Source of the DNA: an uncultured virus (IMG/VR IMGVR_UViG_3300018405_000013)
Taxonomy: Duplodnaviria > Heunggongvirae > Uroviricota > Caudoviricetes
Direction: 5' to 3' (one strand)
IMG/VR virus record: IMGVR_UViG_3300018405_000013
Length of the DNA: 64,000 nucleotides
Part shown: positions 46,298-55,278 of the stretch, one piece after another
How positions within the stretch are numbered: position 1 is the first letter of the stretch
Layout: each line of letters begins with the position of its first letter
Position numbers and translations under genes: made by a program
The notes under the pieces: model-generated
Databases searched by the model: none
What the model saw: only the letters and a program-made list of their open reading frames with translations
What the model was told of the DNA's origin: nothing

Positions 46298-47539
46298 TTA
46301 TTTTGCGCAACAGATGAAGTTTCCTCTTTCACGCATAATCTTACCGCAATTAGGGCAAACAAGTTCTTTTACACCAATATCATAATATACCCCTCTTTTA
46401 AGTTTGTCTATTGTAGGCTTGTGAACAAATCCATATCTAACGCCTTCATTGTATGATAATTTATCCGTTGGATATGAGCCTACGCAACTAGTCCAGTTAT
46501 CTTCAACTTCACAATATTTTGTGATTTTATTCATAAGGAATTTCAGTATCTTATCTTGTAATTCCTTACTTTTTGCGTTTGCGCCGCCATAACCACCATC
46601 TATTCCGATAGCACCGTTGGTTTTATCCATAAACAGAAGATATCTTACCTGCATTGATACATAATCCCATGTAAATCCATCAAGATTATATTGGACTTCT
46701 TCATTACTACACTTATAGGCAACTAATGAACCTTCGTCTGTCATTTTTGACAAAACAACATTATTGTAGCCTGTGCACTCCGGTGATATTGCCATACATG
46801 ATTTCCAATTATGCTGATTGGTACTCATCATTAAGAAATCGCATGGGTCAATAGAGATATAAATACTACCTTTAATTGTTTTCGTCTGCATAACTTTTGA
46901 TAATTCTATGTCAAAAGTATGTCTTGCCTTAACAATGGTGCCGTCGCCCAATTCTCTTTCGACTTTATATCCTTCGTCTTGAACAATTTCAGATAAGGCG
47001 GTACTTAATCTTCTACCTTTGGTTAGATAGATAGTCTTGTATAGATTACGCACATATTCCTCTTCTTTGTTTTTTGATCCATGAGCAAATTCCGAGAAAG
47101 AATTGCTAATATAATCTTCTGGTCTGAATAATTTTAACAACAATGCGAACTGCCGATACTGTTGACATAACCTGTTTATTTCAAAAGCCATCTGTTCTGT
47201 GCTCATGGTTAAATCTACTTCTTCTGTAATTTTCAAACTATGGTCAAATAATACAAATTGGTCATACTTTGAATAAGCCCATTTTTCCAAATAACTATTA
47301 ACCATATCCATAGATACTGTTATCTTTCCCTTGTTAAGATGGGAGGCACCAACTGACATCATTTTCTGCATTTTTTCTTTATCCACCAGTCCTATCATTT
47401 CTGATAGGACTTTCGGATCTTTTTTACCTGCGTGTATTCTGACTAAATTTGACATTCCAAACACCCTGCTTTCTATTTGTTGTAGCAGTCTTCGCACAAT
47501 ACGGAGCTGTTTCTTAGTTCTTTTCCACATTTTAAACAA
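46298..47539 (-). CDS. ISIDP/W.SC family phage protein (start probably 47455)
   Basis: YLEKWA.SK, ISIDPCDFLMMS...WKSCM, C-terminal CPNCG; paralog of 47473. Confidence 0.8.
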   Translation of the reverse strand: MFKMWKRTKKQLRIVRRLLQQIESRVFGMSNLVRIHAGKKDPKVLSEMIGLVDKEKMQKMMSVGASHLNKGKITVSMDMVNSYLEKWAYSKYDQFVLFDHSLKITEEVDLTMSTEQMAFEINRLCQQYRQFALLLKLFRPEDYISNSFSEFAHGSKNKEEEYVRNLYKTIYLTKGRRLSTALSEIVQDEGYKVERELGDGTIVKARHTFDIELSKVMQTKTIKGSIYISIDPCDFLMMSTNQHNWKSCMAISPECTGYNNVVLSKMTDEGSLVAYKCSNEEVQYNLDGFTWDYVSMQVRYLLFMDKTNGAIGIDGGYGGANAKSKELQDKILKFLMNKITKYCEVEDNWTSCVGSYPTDKLSYNEGVRYGFVHKPTIDKLKRGVYYDIGVKELVCPNCGKIMRERGNFICCAK

Positions 47540-49005
47540 TAAACCCTCGCACCATCTACAATTTTTGATTTGGAGATATCTGCATCTTTAATGCCGACAT
47601 AATCCATCTTAACGGTGTCACCGTAAGAACCTCTTAGGCTTCTATAGTTTGAAATATCAGAATAATAATGCTCAGTAAATTTGGATTGATATCTTGTAAG
47701 ATTATCGCCATAGTTAGCCCACTTGTTTTCGATTCCAAGGTAGCTTGCCAATAATTCTTCGAACATTTCCCTTACCTGTGTTCTTAGGTCGTCAGAAGTT
47801 GTTCTCTTAGGATATTCTCTGCTGAAAATCATGGTTGTTGTGTCTTGGTCGATAGAAATTAACTGTCTGAATGACTTTGAATTTCCAGAGAATGCATTTT
47901 TCTTGAAGTCAAACGTCTTTGGTGAATCCCCATCACGATACATACCTTTGTCATAAAGATATTCTTTACCATTGTGCTTGTATGCTACAACAGTATTTTC
48001 ATCAATCATATACATAAATGATGATGTTGGGTGACAACCACTTACCGGACTGTGACATGAACCCCAACCATGCATACTGATTGCATGTGTCATATAATCG
48101 TATGGGTCAATAGATATAGTTAAGAATCCTTTAACGGTTCTTTCCTGCATAACAGCGGAAATGTCGTTATCAAATTCTTTATCACCGAATAATGATAAGA
48201 ATTTTGACACCTTCATGCCTTTTACAAAATCGTCGCCGAAGTAAGTTCTGAAATCCTGCACGTCCTGCATCTTATTGTCAACGAAGCATTTAGGTGCGAT
48301 TCTTACCAAATTCAATGCATACTTAGGATATTTTCTGATAAGTTCGTTAACAAGGCAGTTCATTTCATTTTCTTCCATAGCATATTCGATCTTCTTAGAT
48401 ACGGATAAATTTCTATCCATAGCAAGATAATAAGGCGCTTTTGACCTAGCCCATTTTTCAAGATACATATCAAGAATTTCTTCTGGAACATTCATAGGCT
48501 TTCTTCCAACTGACATTGGAATTTGGAACTGCTTTCTTAAGGTTTCTCTGTCAACCTTTGAAATCATTTCCTTGATTAATTCATCATTAACTTCTGGCGC
48601 AGCCTTTTCTCTTAAAGAATAAGTGATTTTCTTTTCAACTTCCTTTTTAGCGCAAGGATATTTTACATGCTTTAAGCATACATTGATGAAATCTTCATCT
48701 GTAAGTTCCTTGCCCTTATATCCTGCATCTGCAATAATCTGTCTAACCCTTGCAACTGTTGGAATCTGTGCAATGAAGTCATTTCCCGTTTCAATACCAT
48801 AAATTGTGGTATCTGTGGTTACAAAACCCCTTCCGGAAAGGTAATAGGCAAGGTCTGATTCGTCAATTCCTTCTGCCTTTAATTCTTCCTGTGACTTAAT
48901 GACAAGGTTGTCACCTTCTGTTAAGTCCTTTAAATGTTCTGGTAACTTAGAATTGTCACATTTCTTTAGGTTTGCGTTTTCTTCTAATTTCATTCTGATT
49001 TCCAT
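47473..49005 (-). CDS. ISIDP/W.SC family phage protein with C-terminal zinc ribbon
   Basis: YLEKWARSK, ISIDPYDYM...WGSCH, CLKCG...CEDC; own promoter at 49065-49093. Confidence 0.85.
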   Translation of the reverse strand: MEIRMKLEENANLKKCDNSKLPEHLKDLTEGDNLVIKSQEELKAEGIDESDLAYYLSGRGFVTTDTTIYGIETGNDFIAQIPTVARVRQIIADAGYKGKELTDEDFINVCLKHVKYPCAKKEVEKKITYSLREKAAPEVNDELIKEMISKVDRETLRKQFQIPMSVGRKPMNVPEEILDMYLEKWARSKAPYYLAMDRNLSVSKKIEYAMEENEMNCLVNELIRKYPKYALNLVRIAPKCFVDNKMQDVQDFRTYFGDDFVKGMKVSKFLSLFGDKEFDNDISAVMQERTVKGFLTISIDPYDYMTHAISMHGWGSCHSPVSGCHPTSSFMYMIDENTVVAYKHNGKEYLYDKGMYRDGDSPKTFDFKKNAFSGNSKSFRQLISIDQDTTTMIFSREYPKRTTSDDLRTQVREMFEELLASYLGIENKWANYGDNLTRYQSKFTEHYYSDISNYRSLRGSYGDTVKMDYVGIKDADISKSKIVDGARVYCLKCGKELRNSSVLCEDCYNK

Positions 49006-49095
49006 GTTTTTTTACTCCTCTTAATTCTTCTTGTTTTCTTGTTTGCTTTTTTGTTTATATTATTATTATAGCACTATCAGATGTGCTTGTCAAGT

Positions 49096-49887
49096 TTAAT
49101 AGTAGTCGTGAATATTATTTCCACTCCATCCTGTTCCGACACCTGTTCCGTATGATTTAATCTTTGGTTGATAGTCAAAAATTACATCCTTATCCGCTTC
49201 TTGGATAATTTTTAACAGTTTTTCGGTAGTAGAAAGCATTGTTTCAACGTTCACAATTTCGGATGTTTGGTGTTCGCCTTCAAAACCACATGATAAATTA
49301 ACACCTGCAACATCAAATTGGTCGCATAAGATGCAAATATCGGTTCTTGTTCCCTGTGCCGTATCAAAACCGTATGCATTGATATATTTTTCAAAATCCT
49401 TGTTACCACAATTGTAGTATACAGAATCATTTTTGTTTCTTCTGTCAAGTTGAACAAAAAATCTTACGTCTTCCATAAGGTTTGCGCACTCTTTTTTCAA
49501 AAATTCACACGCAATCTTGGTTGATGCACTACCACATTCTTCGTCTGTTGAAAAGAATAGACTTGGTAAACCTGCGCCTTCTTCTAAGGATTGCAATATT
49601 TTTAAAATAATCCATACGCCACATCTGTCATCCCCACCGATTCCTTGTGGTGAATGAATAATCAGCTTTTCAGCTTCACTAAACATATCCCGAACCGGTT
49701 CTTTGTGAACAGTATCAAGATGTGCACATAAACATACCGGACTTGTTCCTTTAAAATAAGCCCACCGTGGGAAATATACAACATTTTTTTCGTCATACAA
49801 TTCAGATAACTGTTCGTATAACCAATCTAACAGATCATAAGTGTTTGCTTGACATAAAAGCTTGAAGCCTTTGTAATTAAATTCCAT
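49096..49887 (-). CDS. M20/M28-like zinc peptidase (paralog of 43195)
   Basis: AHLDTVH, GGDDRCG, DEECG, LDRR, TDI, EH. Confidence 0.85.
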   Translation of the reverse strand: MEFNYKGFKLLCQANTYDLLDWLYEQLSELYDEKNVVYFPRWAYFKGTSPVCLCAHLDTVHKEPVRDMFSEAEKLIIHSPQGIGGDDRCGVWIILKILQSLEEGAGLPSLFFSTDEECGSASTKIACEFLKKECANLMEDVRFFVQLDRRNKNDSVYYNCGNKDFEKYINAYGFDTAQGTRTDICILCDQFDVAGVNLSCGFEGEHQTSEIVNVETMLSTTEKLLKIIQEADKDVIFDYQPKIKSYGTGVGTGWSGNNIHDYY

Positions 49888-49900
49888 AACTTTCCTCCCA

Positions 49901-50548
49901 TTATAAAATAGCTTTCCATGAAACCTTTTCAGCCAATAAAATTGACTTTTTATTCACATCTACCTTTTCGGCACCTACTGATTTTTGCTTAAGTTCTACC
50001 ACATTTGTAGACGCTGTAGTCGTCGTAAAAGTATATTTGCCGATTTTTGAGTCTAAAAGTGCTTTAAAGGCTCCTTTGTCGATTAAGTCCTCTAAATCTA
50101 TTGTATAGGATAAATCGGATAAAATCGTAGCTTTCCTATTTACGGCAAAGCTCATTTCACCTTTATTGTTTAACTGCATCATTACAAATTCATCAAGCAT
50201 TGGATTCATAACTTTTTCGAACTTTGTAATTGCATCGTTATCAATATCGGCAGACTTAGACATCATAAATCTTCCAATCATATTGAACCTACATGGTCTG
50301 TAATCATTGTTGAACGTAGAATAAGAAACCCGTGACACATAATCTTCATCAAAGTTACACATAACCCACTCATTTACATTTTGTGGCGGAATATATATAT
50401 CCTCAACGATATATTTTTTGCCCAACTTTCTAATTAAACAAACCCACATTAAGTTTGTTTTAATGTTTTCTGCAATATACTTAAGCATTGCATACACCTG
50501 TGGTTTTAGAACAATTTCTGGTTCTGGATGTTTGTACTGAATTTTCAA
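49901..50548 (-). CDS. Possible catalytically degenerate JAB/MPN-like protein
   Basis: W...I......YIVEDIYIPPQNV resembles prokaryotic JAB N-terminal strands, but no HxH motif; promoter at 50597-50625. Confidence 0.45.
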   Translation of the reverse strand: MKIQYKHPEPEIVLKPQVYAMLKYIAENIKTNLMWVCLIRKLGKKYIVEDIYIPPQNVNEWVMCNFDEDYVSRVSYSTFNNDYRPCRFNMIGRFMMSKSADIDNDAITKFEKVMNPMLDEFVMMQLNNKGEMSFAVNRKATILSDLSYTIDLEDLIDKGAFKALLDSKIGKYTFTTTTASTNVVELKQKSVGAEKVDVNKKSILLAEKVSWKAIL

Positions 50549-50770
50549 TGTAAATTCCTCCCTTTCATTTGGTTCTTGTTTCTTACTTATATATTTATTA
50601 TAACACTTTTCATAAGACGTGTCAAGTCAACTATCTTTATCTTTTTGTTTGAAAGCTGTCACTATAGATGATATCCCGCTACATATAGCAAGTATCGGAA
50701 TCCATCCTAATAGTAAAAAATACAATAGAAATAAAGTTGTATTATCACTCAACTTAATATCCTCCTTCTA

Positions 50771-51070
50771 TTATATAATTGATACGTTATAATCTATGCC
50801 ATATAAAAACATATCTAACGAATAGTTATACCCACCAATTCTAATATACCCATTTTTAGACCACTCATCTTCTTTGAAGACAAATCTAGTGAATTGATGT
50901 GCGTATTGTCTCATTTCAGAAGTAAAAGAACAATATATATTTGTTGCATATATCATATCTTCGACGGCTTTAAGTTTTAAAACATCACCGTCTTTAAGAT
51001 CTTTGAACCGCTCTTTTGTTTCCGGATCTCTTTGATTACTCAACATTTCCCTAATCTTAAATGAACACAT
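50771..51070 (-). CDS. Small protein, tag (YNVSII)
   Basis: DGDVLKL; terminal motif. Confidence 0.8.
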   Translation of the reverse strand: MCSFKIREMLSNQRDPETKERFKDLKDGDVLKLKAVEDMIYATNIYCSFTSEMRQYAHQFTRFVFKEDEWSKNGYIRIGGYNYSLDMFLYGIDYNVSII

Positions 51071-51079
51071 ATAATAATA

Positions 51080-51367
51080 TCACTCCTTTGCAAAAATGTC
51101 AACTATATATGGTTTTTTGTCATAAACATATATATTTCTACCTTCTTTTTCATAGAAGTCATTTGACGCACACTTAAAATTACCGGAATCGCTTATTGTA
51201 ACACATAGATGATTTCCATACTTATCACAATAATACGACATTTCTCGTTTATGCGGTATTCCTTTTGTCAATAGAAATGCACAAAATATTCTAAACGAAT
51301 CAAAACTTGCAAATCTTACTGCGATTTCTTTAGATTTCAATTTTTCATATAAAGCAATTTCATTCAT
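51080..51367 (-). CDS. C.T.EE-like family protein with extended tag (YIVDIF-AKE)
   Basis: AVRF.SFD.F..FC.FL...GI. Confidence 0.75.
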   Translation of the reverse strand: MNEIALYEKLKSKEIAVRFASFDSFRIFCAFLLTKGIPHKREMSYYCDKYGNHLCVTISDSGNFKCASNDFYEKEGRNIYVYDKKPYIVDIFAKE

Positions 51368-51384
51368 ATTTACCTCCCACCCAT

Positions 51385-51678
51385 TTATAATATATCAATA
51401 ACATATGGATTTGCTTCTAATCTTCTTAATGCAATATTTGGTATCACATACGGAATTTCTTTAAATGTAGAAGTTGAACCATTTGTATATTTTATTTCAA
51501 ACCTAGCATCAACTAGGTTTAAATGGTCATACATAGTTCCACTTAAGCCATAAAAAAGCGTTCCCTGTAAGCCATACGCAGTGCGTTCATCTTCCGTAAA
51601 GGTTTTTTTTACCAAATCTGTAATAGCATCAAATGATAAAAACCCAACAATGTCACCGTCTTTAAATTCGTAATTCAT
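51385..51678 (-). CDS. Small protein, tag (YVIDIL)
   Basis: FKDGDIV; terminal motif. Confidence 0.8.
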   Translation of the reverse strand: MNYEFKDGDIVGFLSFDAITDLVKKTFTEDERTAYGLQGTLFYGLSGTMYDHLNLVDARFEIKYTNGSTSTFKEIPYVIPNIALRRLEANPYVIDIL

Positions 51679-51708
51679 ATTACACCTCTATAATATCATA
51701 ACAGACTA

Positions 51709-52512
51709 TTAGTTGTCAAATGTTTTCAAATCATCTTCTACTGAATACATATATTCAATATTTGACATATTTCTTGCTGTTTTTGTGTTCCCATTATATG
51801 TCATTAAACCCATTTCATAAGCAGACAGTAATTGACCAGTCTTAGGATGATATTGGGTTATATTTCCATGTGACCATGCAGAAACGCACTCTTGGACATA
51901 ATAATACGTTCCTAACTTTATATTATCGTGATAATCAGAAAGATTATACGATGAGAGTCCAAGTTGCTCTGCGGCATATTTCGCCGTCGCAGGCATTAAC
52001 TGCATCATACCAGTTGCACCAAATTGTGATTTTGCCCCAGGTTGAAACTTACTTTCCACATCTATTATACTTGAAATGGTCAATGGATTTATATTATTAG
52101 CAACAGATTCTGATATTATTACATTAACCATATCATTAACAGTTTCTGCTGTAATTTGCACACCAAATTCAGAATAACGTTGATATATTTTTTTAGCTAT
52201 TTTATAATGAACATCTTCTGTAGTATTTCCGCCACGAGATACGCCACTGTATGACAATACAGTATTTGGAATATGGTCTGCGAATTTTTCCAAGATTTCT
52301 CTTTCGCTAACACTGAATTTATCCAAATTTATACGTTTAGTTATTCTTTTTGGCTTATTTTTTTTAGCATTCTTGCCAACATTATGAAAGACCTGTGTTA
52401 ATTGAGAATTTTTATCTACAACAAATCTATTTATTTCAGAACATCCAAGCATAGTTAACAACGCTATACTTATAAGAAGTATAATTACTGCATCTTTTAC
52501 TCTTGTTATCAT
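51709..52512 (-). CDS. Lytic transglycosylase (SLT family), probable lipoprotein
   Basis: IIDVESKF..GAKS..GATGMMQLMPATA, NIKLG..Y, YNG; lipobox-like MLGC. Confidence 0.9.
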   Translation of the reverse strand: MITRVKDAVIILLISIALLTMLGCSEINRFVVDKNSQLTQVFHNVGKNAKKNKPKRITKRINLDKFSVSEREILEKFADHIPNTVLSYSGVSRGGNTTEDVHYKIAKKIYQRYSEFGVQITAETVNDMVNVIISESVANNINPLTISSIIDVESKFQPGAKSQFGATGMMQLMPATAKYAAEQLGLSSYNLSDYHDNIKLGTYYYVQECVSAWSHGNITQYHPKTGQLLSAYEMGLMTYNGNTKTARNMSNIEYMYSVEDDLKTFDN

Positions 52513-52537
52513 ATAACACCTTGCCTTTCCATATGAA

Positions 52538-52960
52538 TTATTTTCCTTTTATTATTATTTTACCATTAACGGATATATTGCTAATTATATATTTCGAATT
52601 ATTTACAAACACATCTTTGTTGCGTTTAACGTTATATACATTCTGATTTTTCTGTGATATTTTCGTAGGAACATTTGATAAATCAATACCTTTAAGATTT
52701 AAAGCCATTTCTATCTTTCTGATAGACTGCTTTATCATCGTTCTTTCACCTAAAAGATTTCTATATTCAGATACAACCTGTGCTATTTTATGCGCCGGCA
52801 TTTTACAAATTACCGGATTCAAGACATGACGCATATCATTTTCCCGTTCAGATATTACCATTAACTGCTTTCTTAAATCAGCAAGTTCTTTCCGTAATTC
52901 TACGGTTAATTCTTGCATTATATCTAATTTATTTTCAATAGTTACATTATCCATTATCAT
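52538..52960 (-). CDS. Coiled-coil hypothetical protein
   Basis: Heptad pattern; RBS TTGGGAGG. Confidence 0.7.
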   Translation of the reverse strand: MIMDNVTIENKLDIMQELTVELRKELADLRKQLMVISERENDMRHVLNPVICKMPAHKIAQVVSEYRNLLGERTMIKQSIRKIEMALNLKGIDLSNVPTKISQKNQNVYNVKRNKDVFVNNSKYIISNISVNGKIIIKGK

Positions 52961-53000
52961 TTACCTCCCAAAATGACATAATAAGCAACCATTATATTGG

Positions 53001-53513
53001 TTACTTATTGTAATATTTTTTAATTATTTCAAAGTCAATTGGTTTATATCCAATTTTCTCTACACTTATATTATAGTATAAATTCAGATCATTGTCAAGT
53101 TTTAATTCCATATTAGTGTCATGCAAATGACCATGAACATTAACGTATGGCATCGTTTTGTTTAAAAATACTGGTTTATGTGACAGGATGTAAAAACCAT
53201 CCATGATAATTGGATATTTGTAAACTTCTTTAAATCCAGCTTCAAAGTATTTGCCAACTGATTTGTGGTCATGATTTCCAAGAACAATCTTATGTTCACC
53301 ATTCAGTCGGCTTAAAATGTAACTTATTCTTTCCGTATTACCAAAACAAAAATCACCAAGATGAATTACAACATGACCATTTTTAACGCAAGAATTATGA
53401 TTTTTAATTAATTCCTCATTCATTTCATCTACATCTTTAAATGGTCTGTTGCAAATATCTATAATATTACTATGAAAGAAATGTTGGTCGCTGATTAGCC
53501 ATATCTTATTCAT
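53001..53513 (-). CDS. Calcineurin-like metallophosphoesterase
   Basis: SDQH, HLGDF, GNHD, SH, HGHLH. Confidence 0.9.
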   Translation of the reverse strand: MNKIWLISDQHFFHSNIIDICNRPFKDVDEMNEELIKNHNSCVKNGHVVIHLGDFCFGNTERISYILSRLNGEHKIVLGNHDHKSVGKYFEAGFKEVYKYPIIMDGFYILSHKPVFLNKTMPYVNVHGHLHDTNMELKLDNDLNLYYNISVEKIGYKPIDFEIIKKYYNK

Positions 53514-53552
53514 ATCTTTACCTCCAAATTTATGTAATGCCCATGTAGGGCA

Positions 53553-54296
53553 TTATTCCAACCAATCACCTTTAAGATGATAAAAAACCGCCACCAAGAC
53601 TGCGGTTAATATTATCCAGAATATCCAAAATAAGACGATACCCACATTAGTTTGGTAACTATCTATTAATTCTTGGATTGTTGCAGACGTATAATGATAA
53701 TCTGTATTATTTATTGTATTGTTTTTTAAGTTTGTAAAAATGATACATTTATGCTTTGGTGTAATTCCATAATATACATACCTAACATCGCTGTCATTAT
53801 CATCATAAATCGTTTCAATATATTCTGATGATGGCATTTTAAATTTATCTATTGGAAATTTTACACCAACAAACGTAACATTTGTGCTTTGTAAATGTTC
53901 TTCGCCGGCATAATCCCAAGTCCAATATGTTTCTGTATGTGAATGGGTATGACCGTTTGAATCTGTTGTGGTTACAATCCGTGTGTGCATCGTATATTCT
54001 TCACGTTCTTTTTTAACATACATATATTTGTCTTTGCTATTAAGTTCGGGGAATGTTACAGTATCAATAGCTTCAACTGTTCCTTTGACAAAAGCATTTC
54101 CAACATCTGTTGACATACCATATTCAAATATATCGTGATTAGTAATTTTTAATGCTTTGTTATATACCGCCATCTTATCATTATGTGCGTCATTGATTTT
54201 TCCACCAATGACGACACCAATAATAATCATAATGGCTACGATTGCAATACTTGCAAGAATTTCTCTTTTGGTAATTTCAAGGTAGTCATCAAACAT
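53553..54296 (-). CDS. Two-TM membrane protein adjacent to LemA
   Basis: N- and C-terminal TM helices; E.YT.HTR...ETYWTWD. Confidence 0.8.
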   Translation of the reverse strand: MFDDYLEITKREILASIAIVAIMIIIGVVIGGKINDAHNDKMAVYNKALKITNHDIFEYGMSTDVGNAFVKGTVEAIDTVTFPELNSKDKYMYVKKEREEYTMHTRIVTTTDSNGHTHSHTETYWTWDYAGEEHLQSTNVTFVGVKFPIDKFKMPSSEYIETIYDDNDSDVRYVYYGITPKHKCIIFTNLKNNTINNTDYHYTSATIQELIDSYQTNVGIVLFWIFWIILTAVLVAVFYHLKGDWLE

Positions 54297-54299
54297 CTT

Positions 54300-54845
54300 T
54301 TAATCCTCCTTTAATAAATCTTGTGGGGCAGTTGAAGGTGCATTATAATCAAGATATTTGAAGTCTAATACTTCATATCCAGACCAATCTAAAAACACTC
54401 TCGTTGGAAATTTTCTAACTGTTCTATTATATTTCTTAACTTGGTCATTATAATTAGATCGATACTCTGCAATAAGGTTTTCTGTAACCGACAGTTCATT
54501 CATAAGAGTCTTATAGTTTTGATTTGATTTTAAATCCGGATATGCTTCTGAAACGGCGGTAATAGCCATTGATACGTTTTCAATATCACCAGTTTTACCC
54601 CTATTTTCTGCTACCGCTTTAAGCGTATCTGATTCATGTTTGTCATATTGCTTAACACAATCTGCTAAATTATATACTAAATCTACTCTTCTTTTTTCCT
54701 GCACCTTAATATCCGACTGTGCAGTATTTACCTGTTCTTCCATAGATATAGCTTTGTTTTGCGAACCCTGCACAATAAAAATACACATTCCGCATATTGA
54801 TGCAATAATAACTGCAATAATAATTGCCAACTTTAACTTACTCAT
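54300..54845 (-). CDS. lemA: LemA family protein
   Basis: TM anchor; Q..RR.DL..NL...VK.Y..HE, EAYPDLKSN, EN.I...R..YN..V..YN...FP. Confidence 0.9.
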   Translation of the reverse strand: MSKLKLAIIIAVIIASICGMCIFIVQGSQNKAISMEEQVNTAQSDIKVQEKRRVDLVYNLADCVKQYDKHESDTLKAVAENRGKTGDIENVSMAITAVSEAYPDLKSNQNYKTLMNELSVTENLIAEYRSNYNDQVKKYNRTVRKFPTRVFLDWSGYEVLDFKYLDYNAPSTAPQDLLKED

Positions 54846-54880
54846 TTATTTTCCTCCTTTTTATCAATCAACATATATAT

Positions 54881-54909
54881 AGTATATCATTTGCATATAT
54901 AAATGTCAA
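54881..54909 (-). promoter_or_regulatory. SigA-type promoter
   Basis: TTGACA-17-TATACT with TG. Confidence 0.8.
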
Positions 54910-54910
54910 A

Positions 54911-55276
54911 TTATATTAAATCTACAGTATATTCTGAAATCTTTTTTATTGAAAAGCCATATATTCCATATGGCATACATGATGATTTTCCATTTTTTGA
55001 TAGATAATATAACTCTGTCCCTTTAGGGTGTCTAGAGTTGCTATTTTCAATATTTATAACTGTATATTTCGCACCGATATTTCCACCTAATACTTTATCA
55101 GAATTATAATCGGAGTTTATATTTACTATAGCGCTACGAACAATACTTTTAGATCTCTCACTTCTTAATGTTGCTATCTTATTTTCCGCATCAGAAATAG
55201 CAATATCTCTATCCAGTATAACTATGCTATCACCGATACTTATGTCATCTTTTATTTTTTTCATAAATAATATCAC
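54911..55276 (-). CDS. Small protein, tag (YTVDLI)
   Basis: IGDSIVI; terminal motif. Confidence 0.8.
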   Translation of the reverse strand: MILFMKKIKDDISIGDSIVILDRDIAISDAENKIATLRSERSKSIVRSAIVNINSDYNSDKVLGGNIGAKYTVINIENSNSRHPKGTELYYLSKNGKSSCMPYGIYGFSIKKISEYTVDLI

Positions 55277-55278
55277 CT

